Below the pieces are notes generated by a model. It was not told the origin of the DNA and did not search any database. It saw only the letters and a program-made list of their open reading frames with translations. A DNA stretch of 64,000 bases from a virus. The DNA is taken from positions 64,001-128,000 of IMG/VR virus record IMGVR_UViG_3300045988_075249; one strand, given 5' to 3'. Below, piece after piece: positions 1 through 11,235 of the stretch. The position numbers and the translations under genes are program-made. Within the stretch, counting starts at the first letter, position 1. Every line of letters starts with the position of its first letter.

Positions 1-3
1 AAG

Positions 4-549
4 ATGAAGATAGTAGCATTAATGGGTGAAGCAGGAAGCGGTAAGGATACTATTCTCCATAGAATTATGGAGAAGTATCCTTCCTATTTCAATGAAATTA
101 TTAGTTGTACGACTCGACCTCCTAGGCAGGGAGAGAAAGAAGGAGTTAATTATCACTTCTTATCCGTTGAAGATTTTATTAGAAAAATCTTAAATGGAGA
201 TATGCTAGAGGCTACTGAATTTAATGGTTGGCACTATGGAACAGATAGTCAAAGTCTAACAATAGATAAGATAAATATAGGAGTATTTAATCCAGAAGGA
301 GTTAGATGCTTACAGGAAGATGAAAACATTGAACTGTATGTATTTTATGTGCGGGCCGCAGGTAAGTAGCGTCTTTTAAGATAGCTGAATAGAGAAGAAA
401 ATCCTGATGTAGACGAAATAATTAGAAGATACAAAGCGGATACAGAAGATTTTAGTTTTCTTAATGATATAAAATATATAACTCTTTAGAACAATACCTT
501 AGATGATATTGATATAGCTGTTGATACTATATTTGGACAATTCTATTAA
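4..549 (+). CDS. gmk: Guanylate kinase-like nucleoside monophosphate kinase. It contains 3 in-frame TAG codons and ends at TAA 547-549.
   Basis: Kinase motifs in the track ORF: P-loop GEAGSGKDT, TTRPPRQGE, ATEFNGWHYGT. The protein continues in frame past TAG at 367-369 and two further TAGs (..AAGK*RLLR*LNREENPDVDEII..YITL*NNTLDD..FGQFY) to TAA. Confidence 0.7.
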
Positions 550-605
550 ATAATTATATTAGAAATCACAAATATAGTGTTCAACAAAAAATATATTACA
601 AGGAG

Positions 606-2795
606 TTGTATTATATGTTACAAATAAAGAAAAGAAATGGTATAGTAGTTCCATTTGATAGAGAACGAATTATCAACGCTATCAATAAAGCCTTCATCGA
701 AGTAGATGGAGAATTATATGAAGATGATACTGCAAATGATATTGCAGATGAAATTAAGTATGCAGTAAAAACTTCTGACGATGTGGTTTCTGTAGAAAAA
801 ATTCAAGACATGGTGGAAGATTTTCTTATGAAGTCTGAGCGGAGAGACGTTGCTAAAGCATACATTAGATATAGATATAAAAGAGAAATTGCCAGAAAAG
901 GGCAAGACGATTTTATGAAAGCCTTTTCTGCCAAAGTGCAGGGTTCAGATATAGAGAATCAAAATGCTAATGTTGATGAAATGTCATTCGGCGGAAGAGT
1001 TGGTGCAGCTTCTGATTTGCAAATGAAGAAGTACGCTCTTGATTATCTTGTATCTAATAAATCACGCGCAAACCATGAGAATAATGAGATTTATATTCAT
1101 GACTTAAATGCTTATGCAGTAGGTATGCATAACTGTCTTTCTATTCCTTTTGATGATTTGCTTGCAAAAGGATTCAATACAAGACAAACTGATGTACGAC
1201 CAGCGGGTTCAGTAAATACAGCTTTTCAACTTGTTGCTGTAATCTTTCAGCTTCAAAGTTTACAGCAGTTTGGTGGCGTTTCTGCTACACATCTTGATTG
1301 GACTATGATTCCTTATGTAAGAAAAAGTTTCTATAAACATTATATGGATGGATTGACATATATCGAACAAGTCATTAGCATGGATGATAGATTAAACAAT
1401 CAACTGTCTATTGAAGATCCTATCTATAAGGAATTTAAAGGCGCATATTCATATGCTATCGCTATGACAGAAAAGGAAGTTCATCAAGCGGTTGAGGGAA
1501 TGTATCATAATCTAAATACTCTTCAATCTCGTTCCGGCAATCAACTTCCATTTACTTCTATTAACTATGGAACTTGTACTCTTCCAGAAGGAAGAATGGT
1601 TACTAAAGCTCTTCTGGAAGTCTCTATTGAAGGACTTGGTAGACTTCACAAGACTTCAATTTTCCCCTGTGGAATTTTCCAATGTATGAAAGGTGTAAAT
1701 AGGAAGCCTGGAGATCCAAATTACGATTTATTTAGATTAGCATTAAAGTCTACTGCCACTAGATTATATCCTAATTATGCTAATGTAGATTGGTCTGGCA
1801 ATGCCGGATATGATGTAAACGATCCAAGTACATATTTCTCTACAATGGGATGTAGAACTGCTAATGGATTCGATATTAACGGCTTAAAGCAACAGAAAGA
1901 CGGTAGAGGAAATATCTGTCCTGTTACTATTATAATGCCAACAATAGCAATGGAAGCTAATGGTGACGTAGAAACTTTTATGAAACTTTTAGATATTAAG
2001 ATCGAAGAAGCGAAAGATATGCTTCTTGAAAGATTTGAATATATCTGTGCGCAACCTGCGGATTCGGCAAAATTCATGTATGAAAATGGCTTAATGGCTG
2101 GATATGATGGAATTTCTACTCGAAGTGCTTTACAACATGGCACATTGAGTCTTGGGCAGATTGGATTGGCAGAAACTTTACAAATTCTTATTGGATGTGA
2201 TCATACTGAGCCAGAGGGCATGAAATTAGCAAAAAGAATAGAGCAGTTATTTAAAGATAGATGCGCAGAGTATAAAGAAAAATATAGACTTAATTTCGGA
2301 GTATATTATACTCCAGCCGAGAATCTTTGCTATACCTCTCTTAAAAAATTCCGCGATAAGTATGGTATCATTCCTAATGTAAGCGATAGAGAGTTCTTTA
2401 CTAATTCTATGCACGTACCAGTATGGCACCAACTCTCTCCATTTGATAAAATTGATATTGAAAGTCAATTAACTGGATATTCTTCTGCTGGTTGTATTAC
2501 TTATGTTGAGTTAGATACTGGCATGGAAAAGAATATTGATGCTATGGAGACATTAGTAAATTATGCTATGGATAAAGATATTCCATACTTTGCAATAAAT
2601 GTTCCATGTGACACCTGCCTAAATTGCGGATATACTGGCGAGTTTAATGATAAGTGCCCTCAGTGCGGTAGTAAAGAAATTCAACAGTTAAGAAGGGTAA
2701 CAGGCTATCTAACTGGTAACTACAAGACCGCCTTTAATAAAGGAAAGCAGGATGAAGTAAACAATAGAGTTAAACATGTGGGGTATATGGAATGA
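606..2795 (+). CDS. nrdD: Anaerobic ribonucleoside-triphosphate reductase, class III. No TAG codons.
   Basis: 729-aa ORF with a C-terminal Zn ribbon (CDTCLNCGYTGEFNDKCPQCGS) and the glycyl-radical region RRVTGYL. RBS aaggag upstream. Confidence 0.9.
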   Translation: MYYMLQIKKRNGIVVPFDRERIINAINKAFIEVDGELYEDDTANDIADEIKYAVKTSDDVVSVEKIQDMVEDFLMKSERRDVAKAYIRYRYKREIARKGQDDFMKAFSAKVQGSDIENQNANVDEMSFGGRVGAASDLQMKKYALDYLVSNKSRANHENNEIYIHDLNAYAVGMHNCLSIPFDDLLAKGFNTRQTDVRPAGSVNTAFQLVAVIFQLQSLQQFGGVSATHLDWTMIPYVRKSFYKHYMDGLTYIEQVISMDDRLNNQLSIEDPIYKEFKGAYSYAIAMTEKEVHQAVEGMYHNLNTLQSRSGNQLPFTSINYGTCTLPEGRMVTKALLEVSIEGLGRLHKTSIFPCGIFQCMKGVNRKPGDPNYDLFRLALKSTATRLYPNYANVDWSGNAGYDVNDPSTYFSTMGCRTANGFDINGLKQQKDGRGNICPVTIIMPTIAMEANGDVETFMKLLDIKIEEAKDMLLERFEYICAQPADSAKFMYENGLMAGYDGISTRSALQHGTLSLGQIGLAETLQILIGCDHTEPEGMKLAKRIEQLFKDRCAEYKEKYRLNFGVYYTPAENLCYTSLKKFRDKYGIIPNVSDREFFTNSMHVPVWHQLSPFDKIDIESQLTGYSSAGCITYVELDTGMEKNIDAMETLVNYAMDKDIPYFAINVPCDTCLNCGYTGEFNDKCPQCGSKEIQQLRRVTGYLTGNYKTAFNKGKQDEVNNRVKHVGYME

Positions 2796-3265
2796 AGTAT
2801 GCAGGTATTATAAAAAATGACTTTGCTGCTGTTCCCGGAGTATCCTTGAGTTTCTTTACTCAAGGATGCCCCCATAGATGTAAAGGGTGTCATAATCAAG
2901 AGACTTGGGATTTTGATAGTGGCAGAGAATTTACTCATGAAACTCTTAATTCAATCTTAGAAGGGCTAACTGCTAATGGAATTAAGAGAACTTTATGTAT
3001 AATGGGCGGCGAACCATTATGTCCAGAAAATACATTTTTAACCCATCTAGTAATACAAACCGCAAAGGAGACAATTCCTGATTTGAAGGTTTATCTATGG
3101 ACTGGATACTTGTATGAAGATTTAAGAAAAACAACAGATACAGTTATTTAGAATATACTTCAATTAACTGATGTGCTAATTGATGGGCCATATATTGAAA
3201 ATGAAAGAGATATTACAGAGCCTCTAAGGGGTAGTCGTAATTAGAAGATAATCTACCTAAAATGA
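2792..3265 (+). CDS. nrdG: Anaerobic RNR activating protein (radical SAM). Two in-frame TAGs, ends at TGA 3263-3265.
   Basis: CPHRCKGCHN cluster. Reading through TAG at 3149 and 3242 gives the conserved NrdG C-terminus ..LRGSRN*KIIYLK, where * aligns with Q of the RGSxNQ(R/K)II motif. Confidence 0.85.
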
Positions 3266-3294
3266 TTTTCGTAAAAAGTATTTTTGGAGGAATA

Positions 3295-3804
3295 ATGATA
3301 GCAATAGCAAGCTATATCTATTTGTCTGTTGGTGGTATAGTTGGAGCTATTATGTTTTCCATTGGTTTATTAACCATACTAAATATGTAGTTTAAGTTGT
3401 TTACTGGTTCAGTTGGTTATATCAAGAGCAAAAATGATATAAAAGACAATCTTATTATTTTATCAGGAAATATCATTGGAGCGTGCGGGATTTTAGCTTT
3501 TCCGCACGCAGCAGCTCTATATTTGGTCTCTACTAAGATTGCAGTTCCGCTATATTTAGTTTTCCTAAAGGGTATTGTTTGTGGTATATTTATATATTCG
3601 GCAGTATCTTCATTTAAGAGAAATAAAGATTATATGGTGCCAGTTTGTGTAACAGGGTTTATATTATTCGGTGGAGAACATTGCATTGCCGATCTTTGTT
3701 ATGCCTTGGCCGCAGGTGTGCTTTCTATTGATATAATATTATTTCTAATAGTAGTTACATTGGGTAATTCTATAGGAGCAATAATTGTTGACAGAATACA
3801 ATAA
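3295..3804 (+). CDS. Small polytopic membrane protein of unknown function. One TAG at codon 31.
   Basis: RBS ggagg plus ATG at 3295. Hydrophobic throughout. Same frame as track ORF 3397..3804. Confidence 0.5.
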
Positions 3805-3841
3805 TTATGATATTATATTAAAAAGAAAAGGAGGGCTAGAT

Positions 3842-4186
3842 ATGACTTTATATGAGTTAAATCAAGCTGGATATGCTTCTCTTCCAAAAATGACAAAAGC
3901 TGAATTAGATACGGCTAAAGAAGATATTATCACATTTTTAAGATCTCATGACTCACAATATTACATGATGCTTAATCATGATAATAAGTATTTTACTCTA
4001 TTCGTTTATGAAGATGGTATAAATATAGAGAAAATGGCACGTGAGATTATCTCCGTCTCCAAGTCTCTCGGAGAAATTAAATCAATAGAAGTAAATGGAG
4101 ATATTATAGAAATTTGGATTTTATATGAAGGCAAATGTGATATGTACGCATTTTTCGACTATGCAAAAGGGGTGATACAAGTATGA
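3842..4186 (+). CDS. Hypothetical protein.
   Basis: RBS aaaggaggg and ATG at 3842 inside track ORF 3785..4186. Confidence 0.45.
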   Translation: MTLYELNQAGYASLPKMTKAELDTAKEDIITFLRSHDSQYYMMLNHDNKYFTLFVYEDGINIEKMAREIISVSKSLGEIKSIEVNGDIIEIWILYEGKCDMYAFFDYAKGVIQV

Positions 4187-4449
4187 CAAATAGCATTATT
4201 GTTAATTATGATCCATTCGCGATGGAATCTGCTGTATATATCTTAGAAGATGGATTGCAAAAACAAATGAAAGTATGCTCTGATATTAACGGCCTAGCGG
4301 AGACTCTGGTTGGCCTTTCTTACGGAAACAATATATACAGCATACTAATTCATGCCCCTCTTGCAATTACAGGGGAAATAAAGAATTTTGTGCGAGATTT
4401 AGAAGCAAGTATGTATTCAAATAATAAAATTACAGTTGAGGGAATTTAA
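4183..4449 (+). CDS. Hypothetical protein.
   Basis: Track ORF. ATGA overlap with the upstream gene. Confidence 0.45.
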   Translation: MTNSIIVNYDPFAMESAVYILEDGLQKQMKVCSDINGLAETLVGLSYGNNIYSILIHAPLAITGEIKNFVRDLEASMYSNNKITVEGI

Positions 4450-4450
4450 T

Positions 4451-4693
4451 ATGGTTTATAATTTAAAGTCTACAAATACTTATAGAGTGCCAACCGTAGA
4501 AGATGCACTTAGACTGCGGAAATGGCTAGAAAAGACGGCAGTAGGAGAGTTAACCTCATTTAAATATGCTACTAAGTATATTAAGCAAAAGGGAGAAATA
4601 ATTGAGGAGTATCAACTCGTTACTGCTACAATGACTATCGACAATGAAAAAGAACCAGAAGGCGTTATGCCAATTACTATTACGGAGGAATAA
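4451..4693 (+). CDS. Hypothetical protein.
   Basis: ATG at 4451 with a nearby RBS, inside track ORF 4436..4693. Confidence 0.4.
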   Translation: MVYNLKSTNTYRVPTVEDALRLRKWLEKTAVGELTSFKYATKYIKQKGEIIEEYQLVTATMTIDNEKEPEGVMPITITEE

Positions 4694-4694
4694 T

Positions 4695-5261
4695 ATGAGC
4701 GTATATTTCGAGAAAGTAAGTCGTTTTAATGACATTGATCTACCTATACCAACTCGCGCAACCGCAAATTCCGCAGGCTATGATTTTGTAGTTGCAGAAG
4801 ATGTCGTTCTTCCTCCAATGAATTTTTTAACTTCTAAGATTCAAGACCATGTTTTTGAAAAAAATGCTGACAAGGATTTTTATGGGTTCGTAGACCCATT
4901 TACTCTTGATGATATGGCTAATCTTACTAAAGAATTAAAATCCAAGATTACGCTAGTATCAACAGGAATGAAATGTCATTTAAATCCTGGGCAGTATTTA
5001 GAATTAAGCGTCCGCAGTTCTACTCCTCTTAAACACTGGATTATTTGCGGGAATAGCGTAGGTATTATTGATGCTGACTATTGCGATAATCCCGATAATG
5101 AAGGAGAGATTTTCTTTCAACTCGTTAATCTATCTCCTTTTGCTATCCAACTGAAGCGAGGAGATAAGATTGGTCAAGGTATTATTAAAAGCTATGGGAT
5201 TACAGATAATGATGCTGCGACTGGAGAAAGACTTGGCGGATTTGGAAGCACTTCTGTATGA
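4695..5261 (+). CDS. dut: dUTP diphosphatase. No TAG codons.
   Basis: dUTPase motifs: ANSAGYDF, GIIDADYCDNPDNEGE, RGDKIGQG, RLGGFGSTS. RBS ggagg plus ATG at 4695. Confidence 0.8.
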   Translation: MSVYFEKVSRFNDIDLPIPTRATANSAGYDFVVAEDVVLPPMNFLTSKIQDHVFEKNADKDFYGFVDPFTLDDMANLTKELKSKITLVSTGMKCHLNPGQYLELSVRSSTPLKHWIICGNSVGIIDADYCDNPDNEGEIFFQLVNLSPFAIQLKRGDKIGQGIIKSYGITDNDAATGERLGGFGSTSV

Positions 5262-5737
5262 GTAATTTATTATCATTAGACTAGAGCTCCAGAATCACGG
5301 GGTACGCGGTCTTTGAAGATAATAAGTTAAAAACATTTGGTAAATTTGTTGTCGAAGATAGTAATATAGATACTAGATTAGTAAAGATAAGACAAAAGAT
5401 AAAAGATCTTATTATCTAGTTTAATATAGATGAAGTCGTTTTTGAAGATATACAATAGCAAAATAATGTATCTAATAATGTATAGACCTTTAAAATTTTA
5501 GCGGAGGTCTATGGAGTTATTTCCGAATTATTAGAAGAAGAGAAAATACCTCATTCAACGATTTTATCTACTTCATGGAAATCTCTTCTTGGGATAAAGG
5601 GTCGCACTAGACCAGAATAGAAAAAAAATGCCCAGGATTATGTGTTAAATAACTATGGTACAAAACCAACTCAAGATGAAAGTGATGCGGTTTGTATCGG
5701 CCTTGCGCATATAAAATAGAATTAGTGCGCTTGGTAA
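5258..5737 (+). CDS. ruvC: RuvC-like Holliday junction resolvase. 7 in-frame TAG codons, ends at TAA 5735-5737.
   Basis: No ORF in the track covers this stretch. Translating from ATG 5258 (ATGA overlap with dut) through TAG gives MSNLLSLD*SSRITGYAVFED..II*FNIDEVVFEDIQ*Q..CIGLAHIK*N*CAW. This matches RuvC motifs (GIDPGSRVTGYGV; ..IITQFQPD.. where * falls on Q). Confidence 0.75.
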
Positions 5738-5741
5738 TTGG

Positions 5742-5802
5742 TCCAAATAAAAAAATCCTCCTTTCTTAACTTTAAAATACTTTGAGAAGTTAAGAAAGGA
5801 GG
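5742..5802 (+). terminator. Stem-loop (aaaaaatcctcctttcttaactt / aagttaagaaaggaggatttt) between ruvC and the next gene. The descending arm carries the next gene's RBS.
   Basis: Perfect ~20-bp inverted repeat seen in sequence. Confidence 0.4.
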
Positions 5803-5807
5803 ATTTT

Positions 5808-6239
5808 ATGTTTACATTTATAGCAGAACATATAGTAGAAATTCTGTTTGGTCTAATTTCCGCAGGTGCTTTGGCTTTTTGTAGATATTTATATAAACAA
5901 TTAATAGCTTACAAAAAGATGTTACAAGAGAAAGAGAATGATGATATAGCTGAATTGATTGACGAAAAATTGAAACCTGTAGTAGAAGATATTGAAGAAC
6001 TTCGAAGATATATACGGAGGATTGAAAACAAAGAAAATCAAGACTTGACCTTAATTATAGCTTCGTATAGATTTCGACTTGTTCAACTGTGTAAAATATA
6101 TATCAAACAAGGATATGTGACGCAAGATCAATATGACCAGTTAACAGAATTTTATAAACTCTATATCTCTCTTGGCGGAAACGGTTAGGCGAAAGAATAT
6201 TACGAAAAAGCGATTGAGTTAGAAATTAAATCTGTATAA
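5808..6239 (+). CDS. Hypothetical N-terminally membrane-anchored coiled-coil protein. One TAG.
   Basis: Track ORF 5808..6188 continues in frame past TAG 6186-6188 to TAA 6237-6239. Confidence 0.5.
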
Positions 6240-6240
6240 T

Positions 6241-6280
6241 AAAAAAAATGGGGAACTCTTAATTGAGTTCCCCATCCTTC
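6241..6280. terminator. Bidirectional rho-independent terminator (ggggaactc ttaatt gagttcccc flanked by A/T runs) between convergent genes.
   Basis: Hairpin plus poly-A/T seen in sequence. Confidence 0.6.
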
Positions 6281-6585
6281 TTTAAACGATTGAAAATTGA
6301 GTTAGTCATATTTATTATCTCTTGACCGTAAGTTGCTATCAAATCTGCTAGCAATTCCTCTTGTTCAAATGATAATTCTATCCCATAACTAAACATTGCA
6401 GCGTGTGTTAATTCATGACATAAAACTTTTTTCATCATTGTTGAAGATAATTCTTCATTGATATAAATACCTTTAGTTTTGCTATCGCAAGCCCCTATTG
6501 TTAATTGACCGTCACTTCTAATTAACATAGGATGAATAGGAGAAGTTAAGAATAATTTCCATTCTTCTCCATTTATATTAAGCAT
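6259..6585 (-). CDS. ImmA/IrrE-family-like zinc metallopeptidase (HExxH).
   Basis: Track ORF with an HELTHAAMFSYG motif. Confidence 0.45.
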   Translation of the reverse strand: MLNINGEEWKLFLTSPIHPMLIRSDGQLTIGACDSKTKGIYINEELSSTMMKKVLCHELTHAAMFSYGIELSFEQEELLADLIATYGQEIINMTNSIFNRLKKDGELN

Positions 6586-6637
6586 GGTTTAAAGAAGATA
6601 TTTTTGTAGCAAGAGCAGAGATCTTTTTTTCTAGGAG

Positions 6638-7180
6638 CTATCTTTCTTCTGGACTTGCATCATCAATCATTTCTACTAAATCCTCACTTAATTCTTTCAT
6701 ATATTTATCCAATTCTCTAATTTTAGTATCCTTGTCTTTATGTAATTCTTTTGATTCCATATACATACGACGAGTAATTGGACTGCGGCCTTCGCGAGAA
6801 TCTCTTAGTTCCATGGGATATTCTCTTTCGTTGTAATAGATTGGTTTTTCTCCATATCCTTTACGACTACCTGACATATCCTCCATGTATCTGCCTTGAG
6901 AATCTCTAGAGCGAGGATAATACATTCTGCCCCAATCGTCTCTATCCATATCTCTATCTGGAAGATAATATGGTGGCATCATTGGGATGTAATACTTTTT
7001 ATGTTCCTCTTCTTTCTCCTCCATTGCCTTGACAATAGAACAGTAATACATCGCCTGTTCTAAGTCTTTTATCATATCAATAACTTCGCCTAATTCATGG
7101 GTATCTACATTATGAATATCGCTTAGCTATGATTGAACACATCCAATAAGAGTTTCTTTCATATGTTTAAGTCTTTCCAT
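6638..7180 (-). CDS. Hypothetical low-complexity (R/S/Y/D-rich) protein. One TAG.
   Basis: Track ORF 6638..7075 extends upstream in frame through one TAG to ATG 7180, with RBS aagggtgg. Confidence 0.45.
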
Positions 7181-7182
7181 AA

Positions 7183-7605
7183 TTAAGCCACCCTTTCAAT
7201 AATTAGATTTGCGTTTTGAACGTCGATTGCCTAAGTAGAAATATTTTTTACTGCAATTTCAAAACAACATCCTCTTGGTACATCAATAAATATAGAACTT
7301 GCTACATTATTGTAGTCTCCTACCGCTGGAGCTGTAGATATCATAGTAGTAGAAGCTACACCTTCTCCATTAATAGCAATAGCTAAAGAAATTGGACCTA
7401 CTGTTCCGCCTGCGGCAACCGCAATATTGCCGCTAAAGTGAGCTTTATATCTAGCTCTGCACTGTGTAGATGTATTACCTTTTAATGTTACTAGTCCACT
7501 CCCAACGCGGTGTAGTAGGCTGTTGGAGCAGCCCACTACCGCATCGGTAAAAAGGACATTCTGATTAGCTTGTACTGTTTGTACGGCATTCGCAATAATT
7601 TCCAT
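7183..7605 (-). CDS. BclA C-terminal / C1q-TNF-like domain protein.
   Basis: Track ORF plus read-through of TAG at 7231. Sequence pattern typical of Bacillus/Clostridium exosporium BclA-C domains. Confidence 0.5.
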
Positions 7606-7634
7606 TGAACCAAATCTCTCCTTTTAATTTCTAA

Positions 7635-8540
7635 TTAGCACCCGCAACTATTCATGCTATAGCAGCAGTTGGGGTTTGGTACTACGTAAGCGGGAATTGG
7701 ATTATCACGGCCTAATCTGCGGATGAGCTCGGCAGTTTGAGCTTCTTGATTAGCTGTAATAAAGTTATTCTGAGCCTGTTGAGATGCGGCAAGACGAAGA
7801 GCCTGATTCTCGTTTTGCAAGTCAGAGATTTTCTCCTGGCAGAGATAATCGAGAATTGCACGAGTTCCAGCGTTCTGGCTATCAATAATATCACGGGTAT
7901 TATTAGCCATAGAAGTTTGAAGCGCATTTGTATTAGTTGCTAGATTGTAGTTGACGTCGGCAAAACCTCTCTCAATCTAACGACCGGTCTCGCAGCAGCA
8001 ATCTGCAATTTGGCGAGAAATAGCATTTTGATTTGTGAGATTATCAAAGCTTGCTTGCTGAATTGCAGATTTAGTATCGCAGCAACAGTTAGAGAGCTGT
8101 GTAGCCAAAGCATTTTGACCCTGCATTAAAGCTACATTAGTGCTGTTAAATCCTTGCTGTGTCTAGTATCCGAGATTACATACTGCATTATCAACTCCAT
8201 GGAATCCATTAGTTAAAGCATTATTCAGAGCATAAGTGCTGTCACAGATTCCCTGTTGAATAGCATTAATACCAGACTGGAGATTTTGGAAAGCAAAACC
8301 TTCATTAATGTCTGCGCGAGTTGCCCAGCCTTGGCCAGAAGGGGAGCCTAAACCATTGCTATTAGCTCCGTATCCACCAAAGCCTCCGAATCCGTTTCCC
8401 CATCCAGAGAAGCAGAATAGGAATAGAATTATAATCCACCAAGCTCCTCCGTCATTCCAAATTCCGCCGTTGTTACGCTCATTACCACCTGTAGCAGCGG
8501 CGATGTCAGCTAAAGAGTATCCATTGTTAGAATTGAACAT
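7635..8540 (-). CDS. Cys-rich repeat protein with an N-terminal TM helix. 2 in-frame TAGs (7977, 8163).
   Basis: Track ORFs 8163..8540 and 7635..7910 are in the same frame, checked codon by codon. The ~45-aa repeat units (..NAL..Q..CCC..) run through both TAGs. Confidence 0.6.
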
Positions 8541-8564
8541 TTAAGTTCCTCCTTTAAGAAAATA

Positions 8565-9236
8565 TTAAAGGCCGAGCATTTTCTTAAAGTCAGCAAACTC
8601 CTTGTCATAGTCTAATCCTCTTTGGGATAAAAGATTTCTAGCTATTTGTTCTATCTCTTCTGTTTTATTCTACTTGGCAAGATCTAACAAATTAGCTCCA
8701 AACGGATTATTCCCCATCTAGCTTTCTAGCATATTTAAAGTTAGTTGCTGAGGATTCTATCCATTCCTAATCATTTGAATTAACTACATTGGATTCATTT
8801 TATCGACTCCTTAAAAATCTAATTTTGGCTTTGATTCCTGCTATTGCGCTGTAGGCTACTTACTTGCCTATGGCGCAATTTTTTCTTTTAGTTGAGCAAG
8901 TACGGTTTCAAATTCTTCTCTAGTAACATACTGAGAAGGATTGACAACTGTTTCAACTGGAATATTCTTTAATTCATAAACATTAAGCGTTGAAGTTCCA
9001 TCTAAATTTATCTATTTTGTATATATTTTTTTATTAGCTAAATCAGGAAAGAAAAATACAGAACCATCAAAGTCAATGCTAGTTGCCTTCACTTCTTCTA
9101 TTGAAGAAACTGGGCGACCTTTAATTCCAATCTAGGGCTATTCCACATACTGCATCCTTTGTTGCGGTATATAAGGGACTGCCGCATACTAAGGCTGCTA
9201 TTGTTGTGGCATATAGTATGGATAATTAACTGCCAT
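8565..9236 (-). CDS. Gln-rich hypothetical protein with ~13 in-frame TAG codons in 224 codons.
   Basis: RBS aaaggagg plus ATG 9236. 672 nt is exactly 224 codons to TAA 8565-8567. No track ORF because TAG is so dense. Confidence 0.55.
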
Positions 9237-9280
9237 AGTTTTACCTCCTTTAAAATATTCCCTTGGCCTTTCATTATTAT

Positions 9281-9345
9281 ATGAAATTTTGGCAAAGATA
9301 ATTTTACTATTTTGCCAAAATTTTTGCCAATTTTAGTGTAAAAAT
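9281..9345 (-). promoter_or_regulatory. Upstream control region of gene 8565..9236 with TTTTGGCAAA-N14-TTTGCCAAAA inverted repeat and two TTTTGCCAA direct repeats ('site A').
   Basis: Seen in sequence. A paralogous region lies at 10461-10530. Confidence 0.35.
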
Positions 9346-9374
9346 ATATAATGGGACATAGTAGTCCCATTATA

Positions 9375-9764
9375 TCATGATAGTCTGTGCTCATTAACAG
9401 CAGCTTCGATAAGGTTAGTTAAATAAGTATTTAAGTCACCAGTTGTCTCGATAATATACTGTTTTGCATCACTAGAAAGGATTTCCAATACAGAGTTCAT
9501 AGTCTTATCAAATGCAATTTTCTATGCCTCTGCATCAAAAGCACCCTGTTCTTTTAAGCTATCTACATAGGTTTGATTTGTTGCTATTACACACTTAGTA
9601 ATAGTATCAAATATCATAGTAGTATATTTCTGAGCTGTTTCATTCTCTGTTTTAGAATTTAACTCATCTCGTTTTGTAGAGAGGAAATCTACGAGATATT
9701 TTGTTAGAATACCAAGCAGAGGAAGAATACAAAGCTAGAATATTTGAATAACAATTTCAGGCAT
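9375..9764 (-). CDS. Holin-like small membrane protein (N-terminal TM helix, charged C-terminus). 2 TAGs.
   Basis: RBS aaaggagg plus ATG 9764. 390 nt = 130 codons to TGA 9375-9377. Confidence 0.4.
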
Positions 9765-9815
9765 ATTAATTCCTCCTTTATATTATATATAAAACAAGAG
9801 GAAGATGGTTTAACT

Positions 9816-10439
<624 letters not shown>

Positions 10440-10460
10440 CTTTATCACCTCATAGATATA

Positions 10461-10530
10461 TGAAAAAATGGCAATTTTATATAACAAAAATTGCCCAAAA
10501 ATTTGGCAATTCGGCGTTTTGATTTATATA
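10461..10530 (-). promoter_or_regulatory. Upstream control region of the recombinase gene with TGGCAATTTT-N9-AAAATTGCC inverted repeat and TTTGGCAA ('site B').
   Basis: Same motif family and orientation as site A relative to the downstream gene. Confidence 0.35.
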
Positions 10531-10565
10531 AAATTTTATTATATAATATATAAAGAAAGTGAAAA

Positions 10566-10817
10566 TTACCAGGGATAATCTCTTGCAATTAAAACATTAC
10601 CTTTGGGCATAACAAAATACATTTTGCCTTGTCCAAATGAATAATCCACGGAACTTCCATCCTCTAATAAATAAAAAGAATCTGAAATACCTGGAGATAT
10701 ATTTTTACCACTATAAACTATCTCTCCTGGAGATGCTCTTAATGGGAATTCATATTTAAAGCCTGACTTATCTATTATAGAATATCTTTCCGTTTGAGCG
10801 CTTGAATTAAAAATCAT
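10566..10817 (-). CDS. Hypothetical protein (83 aa).
   Basis: Track ORF. RBS ataggaggtag upstream. Confidence 0.45.
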   Translation of the reverse strand: MIFNSSAQTERYSIIDKSGFKYEFPLRASPGEIVYSGKNISPGISDSFYLLEDGSSVDYSFGQGKMYFVMPKGNVLIARDYPW

Positions 10818-11214
10818 TTTCTACTACCTCCTATAAAATAATATACAGTCGTATACTATCAGTTGGAGTTATTAATGCTTTAAAAGTTAATTCATCCAAT
10901 CCTTGATTAATACATAATATCCCAGCATTAAAATATACTTCTTGAGATTCAATAGTTGGCATTACATAAATTAGCTATTTGCTTTCATCTGCGAGTACAC
11001 CTGGAACCATTACTGTGCAGGTGTCATCAGACCATTCAGATTCAAGAATAGCAATAAGTATAGCCTTCGGTTTAAGAGCTGTATTTGCTAAAATTTCATT
11101 AAATTCTTGTTCAGTTCCAGTAAACCCTCCTTCTTTAGCTGTTTCATAAGCAGACTTTCCATTGAGACCGGGCTGACCTATTCCGGCTACTTTCTTACCA
11201 TTTATTTTAATCAT
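10807..11214 (-). CDS. Tail-fibre-like small protein (collagen-like GxxGxxG plus the SAYE..GFTGTE.EF motif). One TAG.
   Basis: Track ORF 10975..11214 continues in frame through TAG 10975. 408 nt = 136 codons to TAA 10807-10809. RBS ttaggaggtaa. Confidence 0.5.
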
Positions 11215-11235
11215 AATATATTTACCTCCTAAATT

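Noticed and set aside
7712-7943. Track ORFs 7712..7927 (-) and 7737..7943 (+) overlapping the Cys-rich repeat gene.
   Set aside because: Other-frame or opposite-strand artefacts. The codon-by-codon trace shows the real gene is the frame joining 8163..8540 and 7635..7910 through TAG.
9098-9394. Track ORF 9098..9394 (-), 98 aa.
   Set aside because: Overlaps the Gln-rich gene start and its promoter in a different frame. Product is low-complexity and non-protein-like. No RBS.
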